Assembly: GCA_050575255.1 (NCBI GenBank)
Contig: JBNZDD010013730.1
Span: forward strand, 4,053,671-4,117,670
Origin: Harriotta raleighana
Lineage: Eukaryota
DNA length: 64,000 bases
Reading direction: 5' to 3'
The position numbers and the translations under genes are program-made. Below the pieces are notes generated by a model that was not told where the DNA came from, searched no databases, and saw only the letters and a program-made list of their open reading frames with translations. Below are positions 26,402 through 38,586 of the stretch, piece by piece (the stretch's first letter is position 1; each line of letters opens with the position of its first letter).

Positions 26402-27250
26402 AGTGTTGATCCTCACTCGTTCCTATTATCATAGCCCACCTGCACAGTTCAGGATGGCAAGAATAAAACCTTTGCGGATTCTACCTAGAGTTGCGAGCCC
26501 CGGTTTCCGTGATCCAAATGAATGACAACAACAACCACAACAACAACAACAAAAGTACATTTTTAGAGCGCGTTTCACGTCAGGAGGACGTCCCAAGACG
26601 TAATCAAAATGGATACAACACCCTGAATATAAAACCTCTGGCCTTTGTAACTTCTCATGGGGAATTTCTGTTAACTATAGTGACTGGGTAATTGTGGGGA
26701 AATGTGCAGTTATGTAAAAGAAACACAGATGACCGGACACTACGAATAAGTTTGTAACTTACCCAGCAATCCTCGATCCACCAGCTTCTATTAAATCTCC
26801 TGCTGGGAAAGAATAAGAATGAAAGAGTTGTGGCTGCTGCACTGGGTAACTGGCAGATCAATCTGTGTTGACATTTTGTGACACTGCAAGCTACCTGTAC
26901 AATCATAGACTGAGCATCGTTCCTGTTACAGGACATGTGTACATTCTCTGCAGTTACACTGACGGCTCTCAAGGTACAAGCAATTGCATTTGAAGAATTG
27001 GGGTAACGGGTGTTTCACTGGAAGTGCAGGAAATGCTTCCTCCGATGCTCCATGATCTGGGAGAGAAAGCTGAAAAGCCAACGCAGTCTAGCAAAGCAAA
27101 AAGGATTTTGACATTGCCAAGTGAATGATAGCCATGCTCATTGTGCTATTTTCTCCTGGTTGTTACAAAGAACGCCTGCAAAGGACTCCTCTACCAATGA
27201 CTAGAGTTTACAATGTTTCTAATCTTCAACCAATTGGTCCAAAGCAGACA

Positions 27251-27680
27251 TCAATCAATCAATCAATCAATCAATCATTACATTTATATAGCGCCTTTCA
27301 TGTCGGGAGTACGTCCCAAGGCGCTGAACAGTCAAGTAGGGATCAGAGCAGGTCGAGATGGGTCGGGGGGGAGGAAAGTGGGAAAATTGATTGTATATTT
27401 GTGGGCCAAACGTGGTAGCCAAGTTGCGCACAGCAGTGTCCCACAAATAGCCATGGAAGTGGGGTTAGGGGAGAAAGGGGGGAAAGGGGGATGGTCGGGG
27501 TAGGGGGATGGAGAGCAGGAAAAAACGATTGTATATTTGTGGGTGAAAAAGGAGGGAGACGGTTAGGAGGGGAGGGAGAGAGTTAGGAGGGGAAGGAGAG
27601 ATTTAGGAGGGGAGTGAGAGAGTTGGGAGGGGAGGGAGAGAGTTGGGAAGGCAGCAGAAGACACGATCGAAGAGGAGGGT
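27251..27680 (-). mobile_element. Composite: (TCAA)n, L2 tail, SINE core fragment and expanded purine-rich L2 3'UTR
   Basis: L2 tail 27278-27330; SINE core 27385-27457; repeated gagagttaggagggg units; L2 ORF2-end-like cacgatcgaagaggaggg at ~27662-27679. Confidence 0.7.
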
Positions 27681-28329
27681 TACAGAATAGAGCTAAGGGC
27701 GAGCTATCCCAATGGCCAAACCACAGGATAAATAGCTTTCTTGCTCCATGATTCATAAACATGCACCATAAAGTGTTGAAGCATCTTGTCAGAAAACCAT
27801 TGAACAAACAGAAACGGGAAGAATTGATACTATGTTTTTCCTACATCCATTTTATTTGTTCCTGTTGATGTTCTTTTTAAATTAAAATTCCTGTTGAGTG
27901 AAAACTTTTTCGCCTGGATGAAAGAGTTTGAAGCCTTGATTACACACAGTCAGATTTCCTATCATATCCTACTCGAGTGCTGTGTCATTTTATTCGTAAA
28001 AATACAAAATCCTGTAAAGTGTAAAGTCCTGATTGATTAATCGTATTCTGTGGCAATCGTGTAATTTATTAATGTGAAATACTGTGACTGATGATATTTT
28101 CTCAGTGAAACAAACCTGATATTTCACTGTCTTCAATGATAAAATACCCCCTTTTTTTATGATGTCAGAATAGCTACTCTAATATTAACAGCCTCCTCAT
28201 GACGTGAGTGTAGGAAATGTAACCATGAAAATGTTTCATCTCTTTCTCTGCTCTTCATTTCCCCTTGATGGTGACTCATGCTGGGGTAAGTTGTAAGCAA
28301 TCCAATGGTCTCTCACCCATTCCCATTCT

Positions 28330-28595
28330 TCACCAGTGAGAATCGACAGTGAGCGATGGCAGCTATTTAACCTTGGAAGTCATTACACTGAGGTTGATTC
28401 TATCCTCACCAGATCCTCACAACAGGAGAGGTCACTGGTGATGCTGAGGCCAATGGTGGCCCCCCTACTGTCAGCCTGTCACTGTCAGTCACTGTGAGAT
28501 AAGCTAACTCAGCAAAGGGCTCGATCCTAGGAACTTCCTGATCTTTTGGCTCAGTCACACGTCAAGCAAAGCATTTACCCACCAGGGCATTGGGC
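28330..28595 (-). mobile_element. Old LmeSINE1-like SINE copy
   Basis: gctaactcagca...gatcctaggaacttcctgatc...gcatttaccca is the reverse complement of an LmeSINE1-type head (family name from memory). Related copies at ~9940-10130, 37300-37480, 44770-45100, 63496-63640. Confidence 0.55.
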
Positions 28596-29374
28596 AGTGA
28601 TTGCATTTAATTTTCCCTTATTAATTCCAGCTCCTCTCTACCTCAGGTCCTTGATCCAAGCTGTGGCAGAGAGGGTACACAGGTGACCTGCTCCCAGCTG
28701 TTTACTGGAAGCTATGAATGTGGCTGGTTAGTTCACTGGCTGATTGTTTGTACAGCTTTGGGGAAAGATTTGTCCTTGATATGACATCTCACCCAGACAG
28801 TGCAGCAAAGATCAGCTATTCATCCTGTTTAGCATCACGAGGGCAAACCACTTTTGCATACATGTTTGTATACTGCCAAAATGCTACAGAACTGGACTAC
28901 TAGAACAGTGTCTGCCATTATCAGGACAAATTCCGATAAGGTGTTGCTTGTAAGCTAAGCACTCATTCTCACCGATGTCTGGCAAATATGCATTTCATGT
29001 TGCCTTATCACACCATCCCTATGGTAATTTGGTAAATGGTTCATATCAAATGCTGGTCCAAAATAAATATTTACTGTACTGTATTCTGATGGCTACCCAA
29101 TAAATCACCATTATAATCAGTATTGCATCTGATCTTAGAATGTGCTTTCTGTTTCCTTCTCACTACATTATTTTCCACCTTGCTTTGGTTATCACGCTGG
29201 CCTTTTAAAAACACTTCAAAATGTTATTCTCTGTGAATGATGTGCTACAAAGCAAGTTGATTATTTTATGACATCTATATTAGGCATGCACTTCTCGCCA
29301 AGCCTAGTGAATAGTCCTCCTCATAATTACTATATTCTTGAAAGAGATACGGAGATTGCTCTCCAAAAAAACGG

Positions 29375-29540
29375 ACATTCAGTGCATTGCTGTTTGAGGG
29401 ACAGTGCTGAGTGCAAATTGACTGCTGTGTTCTCTCACAAATGTGCAGTCACTACAGTTCGCATTAATATCTTGTGAAGCGCTTTGAGACTTCTTAACGA
29501 TGTGATCCGGTACTATATCAAACGTAAGGATTATTATGAT
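29375..29540 (+). mobile_element. 5'-truncated SINE
   Basis: gggacagtgctgagtgcaaattgactgctg...gtgaagcgctttgagac...ctatatcaaacgtaaggattatt. Confidence 0.75.
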
Positions 29541-29823
29541 TCAATTTTTTGAAATGACAAATTAATTTGTAAAGATGCTGCTGTGCCCTTCCAATTAAAT
29601 AAACATTTGGTCTGATATCACACAAACCTAGATTCCAGGAAAAACACGCTGGTTTCCAATCAACAAAATTATATATGCATTTGTATTTTACAAGACATCA
29701 GACTATTTACACAAATCTATTTGCATATGAGATAAGTGCCTCGTTGTTCAGCTAATTTGATTCCAGTTGTTCGTGATACTGTATCATTATAGGTTTTTTT
29801 TAATTTAATTACTTTTATTTTAG

Positions 29824-29951
29824 ATGTTCCTCTTGAATGCTTCATCTGCCGTGATGTAGTCGAGATGACAGATCTAGACTCCCTGCTGCAGTATTGTGAC
29901 TGCAAGAGTTTAGTCGCTCATCAAAAGTGCCTGCTGACCTGGATACAAAAG
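29824..29951 (+). CDS. RING-CH (C4HC3) E3 ubiquitin ligase exon: (D)VPLECFICRDVVEMTDLDSLLQYCDCKSLVAHQKCLLTWIQK
   Basis: T-rich tract plus tag acceptor at 29821-29823; donor AAG|gtaata at 29952. Translation has CxxC...CxC...HxxCLxxW, the RING-variant signature. Confidence 0.92.
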
Positions 29952-31147
29952 GTAATAAAACTTCATAATAGCTCGCAAGCATTTATCGATCGGCTTACAA
30001 AAACAAAGCCTTCAATTACAGTGAAGTTTCTGGCAGTGAAAAATTCCCACTCTCTTGGCTGTCACTGTACAAAGACGAGTATTATCCAATTATTCAGGTC
30101 TTTGCAGGATCCTCTGATGTCTACACACAGGCACTTTAATCCTCCTGTTTTTTTCTCAGCTCAGTTGTTTCAGTTGTAAATATTACTTTGCACCCATGGT
30201 TCTTCTTGGACCTTTAACAATTTACTAAATTTAATAGTTACATTGATGTGTGCTTCAAAGGAATCCTGTAGTACTTTGGAAGAATGGAGAGGTAGCAAGA
30301 TTGTGGAATAAGCAGAGCCTGAAGTGCCCCCAACATTACAGCACAGATGTGTGCGTCGTCAAGCACCCACCACCCTACCCACCACCTTCCAGCCCTTCAG
30401 ACTCAGACTCAACTGTTGTTCCCAATCTGAGTAGACAAAGCGCAGAGTCCTATCCTTCCCTCTTTGCTGCAGAGCTCTCACTCTCTCCGGGTTTATTGTG
30501 TCGTCCAAATGTTGCCACTAGAATCATTTCTCAGTACTGCACTAGAATGTCAGCCTAGTGTGTGAACTCTGTAATTATTCATACAACAGTAATTAAACAA
30601 GCACCGACTACATCTGCCACAAGTTGGGATCATTTCAAGAATTGTTTACATCAAGAATTTTGCTTTCATCAGATTTACAAATAAAGGGATTGGAGCCCTT
30701 TGGCCAAAATAAATAGAGTACAGTACTTTAGATGACTCTAATTGTGAGGCAATTTCTGTTAAATTATCTTAGATCTTCCTGGGATTAGCTAAATCAAATT
30801 TACATTTTCAGAGGAGGTTGTGCCAACAAAAACTGCCCTTAGCATGCTACTCTGTAGCAAATAAAAATAAACATTATTTTGAAATTGGGATGAGTGTTTG
30901 GATTATCAGTGCTGTTAGAAACGTAAAATTCAAGAGGCTGAGATCAAACCCTGAGCTGAGGAAGATGAGAGCTTTCCTATGCCACACTGGAGGCACCTTG
31001 GGTCGCTATCCAGCCTGAGGGCTGCTATATAAATGTAAGTTGTTGTTGTATGTCAGATTAGACATGTACCTATAAGCAGATAGATATCAGATCTTTGGAT
31101 CATCCCAACATCATGGAGATAGGAGAAAACAGATAAAATGTTAAAAT

Positions 31148-31585
31148 AACAACAACAGCAACAACAAAATTACATTTATAGAGCGCCTTTCACGTTGGGA
31201 GGGGGTCCCAAGGTGCTGAACAGTTAGGTCAGGATCCGAGCAGTGGGGGTAGGGTTGGGTAGTGGCAGGGGGACGGAGAGTGGGAAAGGAGGGAGAGTTA
31301 GGAGGGCAACAGCAGGCAAAGTCAGAGAGGAAGGTCTTGAGACCGGCCTTGAAGGAGGAAAGGGAGGAAGTGAGGCAAAGGGATTGCGGGATGGAGTTCC
31401 AGAGAGTGGGGGCAGAGAGGCTGAAAGCCCCGCTAATAATGGTAAGTTGGTGTGGGTGGAGACATGGAGTAGGTCAGAGCTCACTGGGGGGGATGAGCAG
31501 GCTGAGAGGGAGACAGCAGGTCGAAGAGATAGGCGAGGGCAAGGCCGTGAGTGGCCTTGAAAGTGAGGACGAGGATCTTGAAATC
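31148..31585 (-). mobile_element. L2 LINE 3' end (ORF2 C-terminus, 3'UTR and tail)
   Basis: Reverse complement aligns to 54527-54970 (FKILVLTFKATHGL...RAFSLSAPTLWNSIP...FKAGLKTFL) and ends in (TTG)n. Confidence 0.88.
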
Positions 31586-31652
31586 TTGAATAATGACATA
31601 AAGTTCGATTCTATGTTATTTATGTGATGTACTTTCCTGTACTATATTTACC

Positions 31653-32353
31653 AGAAGGAAATATGGAAAGGAAACAAAGGGCCCATTGTGACAATGTTGG
31701 TTCCTAGGACACGAGAAAATTCCATGAGACAGCGGCACTTATTCAGTTGTAAATTGCATCACGAAGTGAAAGTCAATTCAAAGTGAAAGTCAATTCACTT
31801 TAAGTATATTCTGCGAAGCACTTTGAGATGTCTTGAAGTCATGATAAGGCGTTAGATTAAATGGAAGAATTATTATTATTGTTATATTTGCAAAGAAATC
31901 CAGTGACTATGGCTTCATAAGAAAGCGTTTGACATAGTTTGAGATTAGCCGGGCATCATTTACATCACATCAAAGTATTGCGATGACACTGATGTTTTTT
32001 AGCTTGATTTACATTGTGGTGGGGAGATTTGTGAGGAAAACACATACTCCAGCACTTTTCCATGGAGACAATAGGCCTTTTAATGCAACTTCAGTCGCTC
32101 CATCAGAGTTTGTGTTAACTTTCAATTTTAATTAGTTTTCTTAAATTCCTTGCCTCTCTGGTTTTCAAGGGTGTTACGTTTGAGGAAAGCAATTTCCAGG
32201 GCAGCGAAAAAGGATCAAAGGGAAGCAAAAAAAGGGAGAAGGAAATATGGGAAAGAAACAAAGGGCCCATAGTGAAAATGTTGGTTCGTACGCCGGCCAA
32301 CATGAGAAAATTCCATGAGACAGCAGCACTTATTCAGTTGTAAATTGCATCAC
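31653..32353 (+). repeat. Diverged ~110-bp direct repeat (31653-31762 and 32237-32353)
   Basis: agaaggaaatatgg..aaacaaagggccca.gtga.aatgttggttc...gagaaaattccatgagacagc.gcacttattcagttgtaaattgcatcac occurs twice, with substitutions and a small indel; no N nearby. Confidence 0.85.
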
Positions 32354-35300
32354 ATTCACTTCTGCATCTCAACAGGACAATGTTATGTAAATTGTGTGAA
32401 TTGTCACAATTCTGTGAAGACAGAGAATAAATAGAAGCAAGCTGTACAATTAAAACGTATTTAAATCAAAACCTGTACACATACGTGTGCAAACACTCCC
32501 GATAAGCACGTCACTTACAATAAATTGAGATGCAAGTGTAAGTGAAGGCTCTGAAAATACGAGAGATCACACAGCAACAGATTTAAAACATATAGAGTTC
32601 GTATTAGCTGAGCTAAAAAAAAGCAATTCCATTTTAGGTCCATTTAAGTCCTTTCATATTTCGAGTGGGAATTATTTCATTCTTTCATGCAACGTTTGTT
32701 ATAATGAAGATTATGGTTCTCAGTTTTAAATGGTTTCTTCCAATATGATTCATCTGCGACTGAATCAAAACATTTTTTATGAGCTGCTTTTTCAGCAACT
32801 TGGGACGTCCTCCTGACGTGTTCAGTGCTCTACATATATACTTATGTTGTTTTGTTATTTCGTTGTTTTTTCCCTCTCCTTTTAAACTTGCATTGAATTA
32901 ATCATTACAGTGACTGGACAAGTAGTTAATGATTGAGTCTGAGAAAGCCGTTTCCATCGTTTTCCATCTCAGTTTAAGGATTTACCGTGTATTTTGCAAC
33001 CCACAAAATATGTTCAAAGTTGTTTCATATTGCATGTGTGCACTTGGATGACTCGTTGACAGTGATTGGTTTTCCTGAATTCTGCTTCAATCGTTTTTTA
33101 TAAAAGCAAGAAAATTGACATTGTGATGAATACGTACAGTATTTAAAAAGGTGCGGCCTTGCCTGTGGACTAACGCCAGCAATGCTGATCCCCTTTGCTG
33201 AATTATAATGAAAGTTGAGAATTGTTTTGGCAAACTTTGAATGCACTTGAAGGATATGTACCACTGGAAGCCCTAATATGCAATTACTCATATGAACTCG
33301 CTGAGTTATTGTTTTCTGATGTATAGACATTTTTTTGAAATTCTGTTCTTCTGCACTTCTGTTTGATGTGGTGTACGGATTGTTTCACTTTTGAATCATT
33401 AATTTGTTACAAATGGAGCGTATTAATAATGCAGCAGTAAAATAACTGTTGGTTTCTAGGTTACTCAGCATAACTTTAATCCCATGAAATTCTACGAGTT
33501 ATTCAGTAACAAATTGGCCCACATTCTCTTCTGCATTTCAGGATAATGTTATTTATGCTGCCTGGGTATTGCCTGTTTCAGTGCAATACAAACAATATTG
33601 GCCTCTATGCAGTTGAGGAATAGTAGTTTCACTGCCCCTTGAATCCCTGTGGATTGGAGGATGCGGAGCTTTTCTCTGATGGCTCAAACAGATGTATGGA
33701 GCTGTGCTTTCTGGTCTCTGGCTTAGGTCATTTCAGTAGGATCAAGAAGAACTGACAGAACAGTCAACTCCTTTCAATCAGCAGAAATTCAAAGGAGACT
33801 ACAGTATTACTGGAATTTTATAACACTGTTAAATAAAGGCTTTTCAAAAAGTGGTTTTGGTGTGTGGCTGCTGGAGTGAAATGAAACCCACCTCTAGAAT
33901 ATTTCTCGTGTCCTTCAGTACCCCGCTTCTCCCACAAATATACACTAAATTCATTTTACAGTATATCCTGTGAAGCGCTTTGAGATGTCTAGAAGACATG
34001 AAATAGTGCTGTATCAAATGCAAGATTTATTATTATTATTAAAAGTAAGAGTAAGTTTCATGAAGAAATTCATTTTCAAGAGAGTTTACGGATAACTGTC
34101 CAACCCGACTGAGCACTAGTTATTAATATTTTACTCATGACATGTTTACATTTGTTGTGCCCATGGTGGTTAATGCCAACCATCCTAAACCTTACACGGG
34201 ATATAGGGGCGATTTGGTAACTCATCCATTATTAATCGAGCTGATTTGTCGCACATTCTGTTTACATGCATGGGATATATTGTTTGTGGAAAAAGTAACG
34301 TACCGTATTGTTATAAGACACCAAATTATTTACCAAGACCCGCTGTGTTATTCAGAAAGGATCTTTTCAAAACTTTTATGTAAGTTTTCACAACATTGAA
34401 ACTGGCAGCATGTAACTGGTATAGATTAATCGAGTTTGGGTCAAATCCGAAGGATCCTTTGTCCAAATGAGTGATCTCTAAACACAGTACAATTCGAATC
34501 CAGATCAAACTGAAGAAGGGCCATTTTAGTGTTTGCTATATGCAGGTTTAGTTGACCAAAATGCCTCCTATTTTTATTAAAATAATTAGGAAATTAGTTC
34601 CCTAATCCGGACAGTTTCTCTTTCCTCCACCCCTGCCTCTGGAGAGGCAGATGTGACAGAGAGGATGTTGTGTCTGTCTGTCACTGCAATCTACGCTGCC
34701 TGGAAAATGGGGCGAGCTCTAACATTTAGAAAAACTGTGCATTTTCACTTAACTTATCAGTGGTAGAATTGCAGCATTGGTGAATTTTACAACAACAATA
34801 CAACAACAAAAAATGACATTTGTAACGCGCTTTTTACATCGGGAGGACATCCCAATTCTGAGCTGAGACACAGCAGTTCTAGCCGGTGTAGGAACCCAGT
34901 AAACTCCACTGTGTCTGATTGTTGCCATGTGGTTTCCCCCTTACAGTCATACAGTAGAGGCACAAAACTGCCCTTAAATTCAGTCCAATTAGGACTAATG
35001 TGACAAGTTTGCTCTCAGAGCTCATGACTAGATGCTTTGAGAGGCGGCAATTTTGCTGTGGGCTAGGGAGCTCTTTCTAACATTGACGCTGCTGAGGTTT
35101 GCTGTCAGAGTATAATGTGGTTTGTCCTTGACCACTATTCAAGATGGCCTGAGTATGCCAACAGCAAATGTTATCCAGTAAAATTAGATTTAATAGATTC
35201 TTAGGACAGGACAAAACAATATAGTCACAGAAAGCACTGCTCTAATCAGTATGATGATCCTATCTGGATAAGGATCTGACCACTGGTGCTGTCCTGGTAA

Positions 35301-36117
35301 ACTGAGCGGTATTTTATCTGCAAAGAAAATAACCAATCTGATATTGCTAAGCACAATGATGATGCAGGTAAAGCAGAGTTTGGCGGATTATTTCTTTCGT
35401 TTGCTGTTTTATACGAAAATAGGAGTTTAAATACACATGTGGAATATGCTGAAAAGATTTTTTTTAATCAATGCTGATAGCCTATTCATACCCTTTTTAT
35501 ATCGTCGTTTAGTCTGCATTTGGCAAAGTCACCGTGCTTCCTCCTCAACGCTGGGGTGTAGTGACATCTGCTGTGGTGTCATCTGACATCAGTAATCCCA
35601 TCATTAATCTATAAAATCACTGCCAGGATGAGGGGAGCCAGAAATGGTGAGCTTTGTAATGGACAGTCTGGGACTGTAAAGGGGCTTTCCCTTGATATGG
35701 TCCTAGTTTGGACAGTCCACCACGAGTGACCCTCTTATCTCTCTTCCTAGGGAGGCTCCCCTTCTCCGTTCGTAGGATGATGCAATGACAGCTACAATCA
35801 AGCGCACACACCATTGCCTAATACAAAATTCATTGCACTGTACTGTCTGCCAAGTTGCAGCACTCTGCACACAGTTAGTAGACTTACACCTACTCAGATC
35901 GTGATTAAATGCCCCTGTGTTCAGTGAGCCTCAGATGCAGCGGAAAATTGTAGATTTCCCTGTTTAATTAGCTTCCAGCATAATTTAAGTGCCTTAATTA
36001 CTTTTTTCGGCGATGTCTTTGTGAACTGCTTTGAACACTTGCACCACTAGGCGGTAAATGGAAGTTCTAATTAAACATCCATAACTCTTCCACACGCCAG
36101 AGGTTTCACGTTGCCTA

Positions 36118-36320
36118 ATTTCTTACCTCGCCCACTTTTCCTAGTAACTCATTCCAGTTATTAATTATCCTCTGGGTAAAGAAATACTTCCTGGTGTCAT
36201 CTGCCCTAAAATTCCCTTTTATAATCCTGAACTTGCCTCCTCTTATTCTGCTGCCGTTGTATCTGGAAGTATTATTCTTCTCCATTTTCAAATCTTTATA
36301 AAGTCCTCTCTCAGACATCT
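36118..36320 (-). mobile_element. CR1 LINE ORF2 C-terminal remnant
   Basis: ORF track 36115-36318 reads RIRGGKFRIIKGNFRADDTRKYFFTQRIINNWNEL, the typical CR1 C-terminal RTRGH..K...R..FFTQRVVN.WN.L motif. Confidence 0.8.
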
Positions 36321-38538
36321 CTGCGTAGTTTCAGTTAGTTAAACTCCAGCAGTGCCCCAAAGCAAACTCTCAAGGCCCCCATAAAGTGTAGCTTTTGCTA
36401 AAATGTGCCTTGCTCTCTGGGATTAAGTAGATAGGGTGTATCTCTCTGGGGAGTGTGCCCTCCATACCAGACAAACAGAAACTAAACGTGTGTAGAGCAC
36501 TCAGTTGTTTGTTTTGGAAACTCTTACGGAGGGTGCATGTGTCAGAAACTTGGCCGAATCAATAATAATAATAATAAGTCTGAGTGTGCAGCAACCTACA
36601 AAGTGAGTCAACTTGACGAGTTAGGACATACCACTCAAAGGGATTTTTTTGTTTTGGTGTTTCGTTCAAAAACTTGGCCGTCGACCAACTTCAACAAAAA
36701 AATGTGGAAAATGCTATGAGTTCCTGCCAAAAATAAGTATGAATTTTAACTGATGACTGATATGGTTGAGGAACGCCAAAAAAAATTTTTGGGACACAAA
36801 TGTGACATCATTTGTGGATTGGCTTTCTGGTATTGTTCACTATTCACTTTTGCCCAGTTCTGGTTTGCGCGGATTATATCGAATTCGGGTCAACCTGAGG
36901 TGAGGAACTACCACACCATATCCGATTGGCGCGTTCGAAAACTGCAGGAAGGAAACAAATCTCATCTTCTTACTGGTCCCTGGGTGAGATTCCTTTTCAA
37001 TTGCATTTGGATAGTTTAATGGGTTTTACTTGTGCTGATGGCCCAGATCAGTATCACATCGACATTACATTTGCCTGCTGCATAGCTCTAATGGTATCTT
37101 TGATTTTTTTTGGTGTGTGCTGCAATGTGTCGTGGGACTTTCCTGTGTTGTATTTATTTAATGTTGGTCTCCTAAAGTTTTTACAGTTAACCAGGCTTAG
37201 AAACCGCTCCCTTTAATTTTCCCATTGCCTTCACTGAAGCTGATGATTCATGCTGGGAAACATCTGCACAGACTCTCTCCAATGCTTTATGTAAATGGCC
37301 ATTCTTCCAAGTGTGAACCTGTCCGAGTGCTTTGCGAAAATGGAGACTCTTAACCCTGAGCACAAGCCATCCTGTCCTCACCCAACAACACTGACACAGG
37401 GATTGCTGGAAAACAAGTGGCGATGGAAATGTTTTTCCCTTCCCTAACCCAGGAGCACTGAAGACAATTATAGCTCCCTCTGTGGTTGTCACGCTTCAAT
37501 ACAGTACAATACAATTTACATTTATATTGCGCCTTTCAAGTTGGGAGGACGTCTCAAAGTGCTTAAAGTCAGCTGATTTAGGGCAAACTTTGGGTCAAAC
37601 TGTTACGAAATGAAATGAAATGTCAATACAGAACTAGACTGGATCAGCCAGGGGAAGTTTTTGCTGCAGACCAGGGATTAGTTGAGTGCTTGTGAATGAT
37701 TTACAAACCAGTCTTGTAAACAGATGCTTAATTTTTTTATCTCTATATGCACAATGCATTAACTTCCACTTATATGTCCCTTTCAGCTACGGGGCATTTG
37801 AAGAGAATTACTACGTACAACGAGTTATGTTTATGCAGTGGTTCGAACAGATAGTTGCGAACACTACAGCCTGATAGATTTTCATAGTAAATTAATCAGC
37901 TCTTGACTTTATCCATAACTTGGGTCATTTGTCTTTGATGACAGTCGTCAAAGTGGGTCATGCAAATTCATAATGGTTTGTAACCAAGATTTTATGGAGT
38001 GCGCCAATAAAAAATGTTAAATGGTTTGGAACTGGCACCAGGGGACTGTCCAGACGCAGTACTTCAAATTAGTTTAATATGAAACAACATAAGCTCCATC
38101 ACTGTTATCAGTGTAATCATGTTCAAAATAAACAGACTGTCTGATGTGACTGTTCCTTGAAAAGTGACATTACTCATGAGTCATGCACTTTAATCCTTTA
38201 ATTACTTCATCTCAAGCGCACCTGTTTTCTTCATATTTGCAACATTGATCCTCTGCAATGATGAGTATTAGTGACAAAAGTAGAGACATTTCAAAAATGC
38301 TGATGGAGCGTTTTTAAATTCAGGGAATGGAAGAGGATCTTTAACCAAACTTGAGACCAAGTCAAACTGCAATTAAAGGTTTGTTTCAGAATGCCACCGC
38401 AATTATTGAGGGCGATATGATTGATTGAGGGTCTGTAAACTGCTGTGCAGTCATAGCAACGCCAATTAATATTAACACAACATAGAAATGTCCTCTTCTG
38501 TTTTTTTCTCATGAATGGGTGTTTTTTTTTGTGTGCAG

Positions 38539-38586
38539 GGCTTCAGGAATGAAGGAAGGCCAAGATGTAAAGTGTGCACAGCTGAG
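38539..38586 (+). CDS. RING-CH exon with the last zinc-ligand pair: GFRNEGRPRCKVCTAE
   Basis: Acceptor gttttttttt gtgtgcag, 48 nt, phase 0-0, strong donor GAG|gtaagt. Supplies the CxxC that completes the RING begun in 29824-29951. Confidence 0.88.

Noticed and set aside
29865-30179. 104-aa single-exon ORF in the track
   Set aside because: Only the part up to 29951 is coding; the rest reads through the splice donor into intron.
35251-35305. C/D box snoRNA-like (ATGATGA...CTGA) with a small hairpin
   Set aside because: Only ~55 nt, no terminal stem and no recognisable rRNA guide; such motifs are frequent by chance.
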